Part shown: positions 61,924 to 64,000 of the stretch, one piece after another
Numbering within the stretch: the stretch's first letter is position 1
Layout of the letters: the number at the start of each line of letters is the position of its first letter
Source of the DNA: the human T2T-CHM13v2.0 reference genome, Homo sapiens
Reading direction: 5' to 3' (one strand)
DNA: 64,000 nt
Assembly: GCF_009914755.1 (NCBI RefSeq)
Contig: NC_060929.1
Translations under genes and position numbers: made by a program
Notes under the pieces: generated by a model
Database searches by the model: none
What the model was told of the DNA's origin: nothing
Seen by the model: the letters and a program-made list of their open reading frames with translations, nothing else

Positions 61924-62759
61924 TAGAAAAATTAGAAAAAGCCATTGGATCCTATCAATTATCATGAGGAAAAAAAAGCTCTTGATAGTTGGTTGAGAGC
62001 TCTATTGGCTGAGAAAAACTTTGATAACTCAAGAAAATAAAATCCACAACTCAGGGAAATAATGATTTAGGAAGAACTTAAGTTTCAGCTTTTTAAAAAG
62101 TATCTCTATGTCCCTGATATTCCAAAAGGAAAATTTGGCAGATGCATGGGAGATACTAGGATCCCCTGATACCAAGACAGCGGAGCATTAGGTTGGGATG
62201 GCTCAGGGTTCCAGGATCTGTGCCTAGTGTGGACCAGATTCCTCCATCAGGCCAACTCCATCAGGACACATAAATTCCTCCACAACAACAGGGAGAGTTT
62301 CTCCTGGTGCTCCTTTGCTGCCTTCTTTCAATGATATTCAATGCTCAAGATCTTCTTTTGATGATGTTGAGAGACATGCACCTTCAGAAGTGGAGACCAA
62401 TAGGAAAGACAATGCACATGATCTTGGTCATTTAATTACACCAGACTCAACCCTTCCATCTGGACAAGAAGCAGCTGCCCAGGCTCTGTTCTTCTACCTC
62501 ATCCTCCTGTCAGATGGCACAGATGTGTCCCAGGGGAATGTTCCTGAGAAGCAAACCTTCTGTCATGCTCTCTTCTCTGGAAAGCCATCATGGACCTCCT
62601 CAAGGATTCTTTCCTTGGGGATGGCCACGGCCCAGCACATCCTTCTCTGGCCACAAGAAACATGTCTTCACAAGTGCTGGATTTTGTCTTCTGTTCACAC
62701 AACTTGAAAACAGAAGCAATGCACCTTCAGAATTGATCCTGCCTCCCAAGAAGCCTACT

Positions 62760-63490
62760 TCCAAAGATCAGAATCATAAAATGCATTTTTGCTGTCTTCG
62801 TAAGCAATTTTGATATTTTGTCAGTTTCATTGCTATTAAGTGATCATTCCTTGCTTCAAATGAAAGCTAGAGAGAATTACAATTCTTATGATACTGTTTT
62901 ATAACTGTAGATTACCTATATGTGAATTTTTAAGCAAATTGTTTCCATTTTATTCTATTTTTATGTAATTATACTATTTTTGTTGTTAAGTCCACTAAAA
63001 TAATTCAGAAACACAGCAAAAACTTTGTCTTCTAAGATATTTTTGAATATTTTCTCTTTTAGTTTTATTGCTCTTAAGTGATTATATAAGTACTCAAATG
63101 GGAACATGATAGAATTATAATTCTCAGGAGAGTGTTTTACAAACACACATCATATAAATGGAAGTTTTGTTAGTAAATTGCCTCCATTTTATTTGATTTC
63201 TGCATAAAGTACATTCTTTTCAACATTGCTATTTAACAAGTCTCTTCTGTTAGTCCAGAAAAATGGCAATAGTTTTATCTTCTAAAGTATTTTTCAATTT
63301 CTCTTCTTTAGTTTCTCTGTAGTAGTTATGGGATTACACAATTGCTCAAATGGAAGCTCAATAGAACTATCATTTTTAAGATAGTATTTATGAATTTATT
63401 TTTAAGTGAATTTTATTTTCTTCAATCTCTAGATAACATGAAGACAGCATTTCAATTGCTGATGTTTAACAAGTCCCCAGTAACTCCAAC
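62760..63490 (+). repeat. Degenerate tandem triplication, period about 233-250 bp
   Basis: Shared anchors: gtcttcgtaag / gtcttctaag / atcttctaaag (62794, 63027, 63277); tcaaatg in all three; agaattacaattct / agaattataattct / agaactatcatttt; aagtccac / aagtctct / aagtcccc. Confidence 0.8.
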
Positions 63491-63776
63491 TGTAGTTGTA
63501 GTAAGAGCAGTTGTGTAAACACATGGAGACATTTGAAATTCAGTTTATTTCTGTATAGCTGGGGCTGAATTTACTCTAAATAATTAATATATTTATCTAA
63601 ACAAATGTCAGTTTAAAAAGAGCTGTCTTAAAATAATTTCCTCTCCTGGGTGACTTAAAAGAGGCAATCTAGGAGAAAACTACATTCTTTTCTTCTGTCA
63701 ACCATGCTATGGATCCTTAGGGACCTGGGTTTTCTTTTAGGGAATCAAAATCTTACACCTATTAAAGGCAAAACAT

Positions 63777-64000
63777 GGCTGGGCATGGTGGCTCACGCCC
63801 GTAATCCCAGCACTTTGGGAGGCCAAGGTGGAAAGATTGCTTGAGCTCAGGATTTCAAGACCACCCTGGGTAACAAAGTGAGACCCTGTCTCTACAAAAA
63901 ACCCAAAATATTAGCTGAGTGTAGTGGTGCATGCCTGTGATCCCATCTACTCAGGAGGCTGAGGAAGGAGGATAGCTTGAGCCCCGAATGTCGAGGCTGC
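63777..64000 (+). mobile_element. AluJ (runs off the window end)
   Basis: ggctgggcatggtggctcacgcccgtaatcccagc... Confidence 0.88.

Noticed and set aside
62315-62813. 130- and 99-aa ORFs as a novel gene
   Set aside because: Frameshifted remnants of the CTAGE5 retrocopy proline-rich region, with non-ATG or internal starts.

Overview
Primate, almost certainly human, genomic DNA: Alu-dense with one CpG island. It covers the 5' end of RNF145, a sterol-responsive ER-membrane RING E3 ligase on the minus strand, plus about 38 kb of upstream intergenic sequence. RNF145 coding exons at 19881-20103 and 11173-11281 splice in frame. At least three alternative first exons lie at 24.2-26.4 kb, and a near-consensus LXR DR-4 element sits at 24605-24620. 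The RNF145 leader has an unusual translational layout: two strong-Kozak uORFs, an ATG directly on an alternative splice donor, and an A11-G-A11 tract that is either 5'UTR or an 8-lysine run depending on the first exon. The upstream region holds a frameshifted SMIM22-like microprotein retrocopy (44.8-45.2 kb), a SNORA68 retrocopy with tail and TSD (46.7 kb), and an internally deleted HERV-L/MLT2 provirus (50.0-54.9 kb). It also holds an old CTAGE5/MIA2 retropseudogene (59.7-63.5 kb) whose stop/3'UTR segment is tandemly triplicated. The rest is mostly Alu, L1, L2, MaLR LTR and DNA-transposon relics. Family and gene assignments come from recalled reference sequences, not database searches, and repeat boundaries are approximate.
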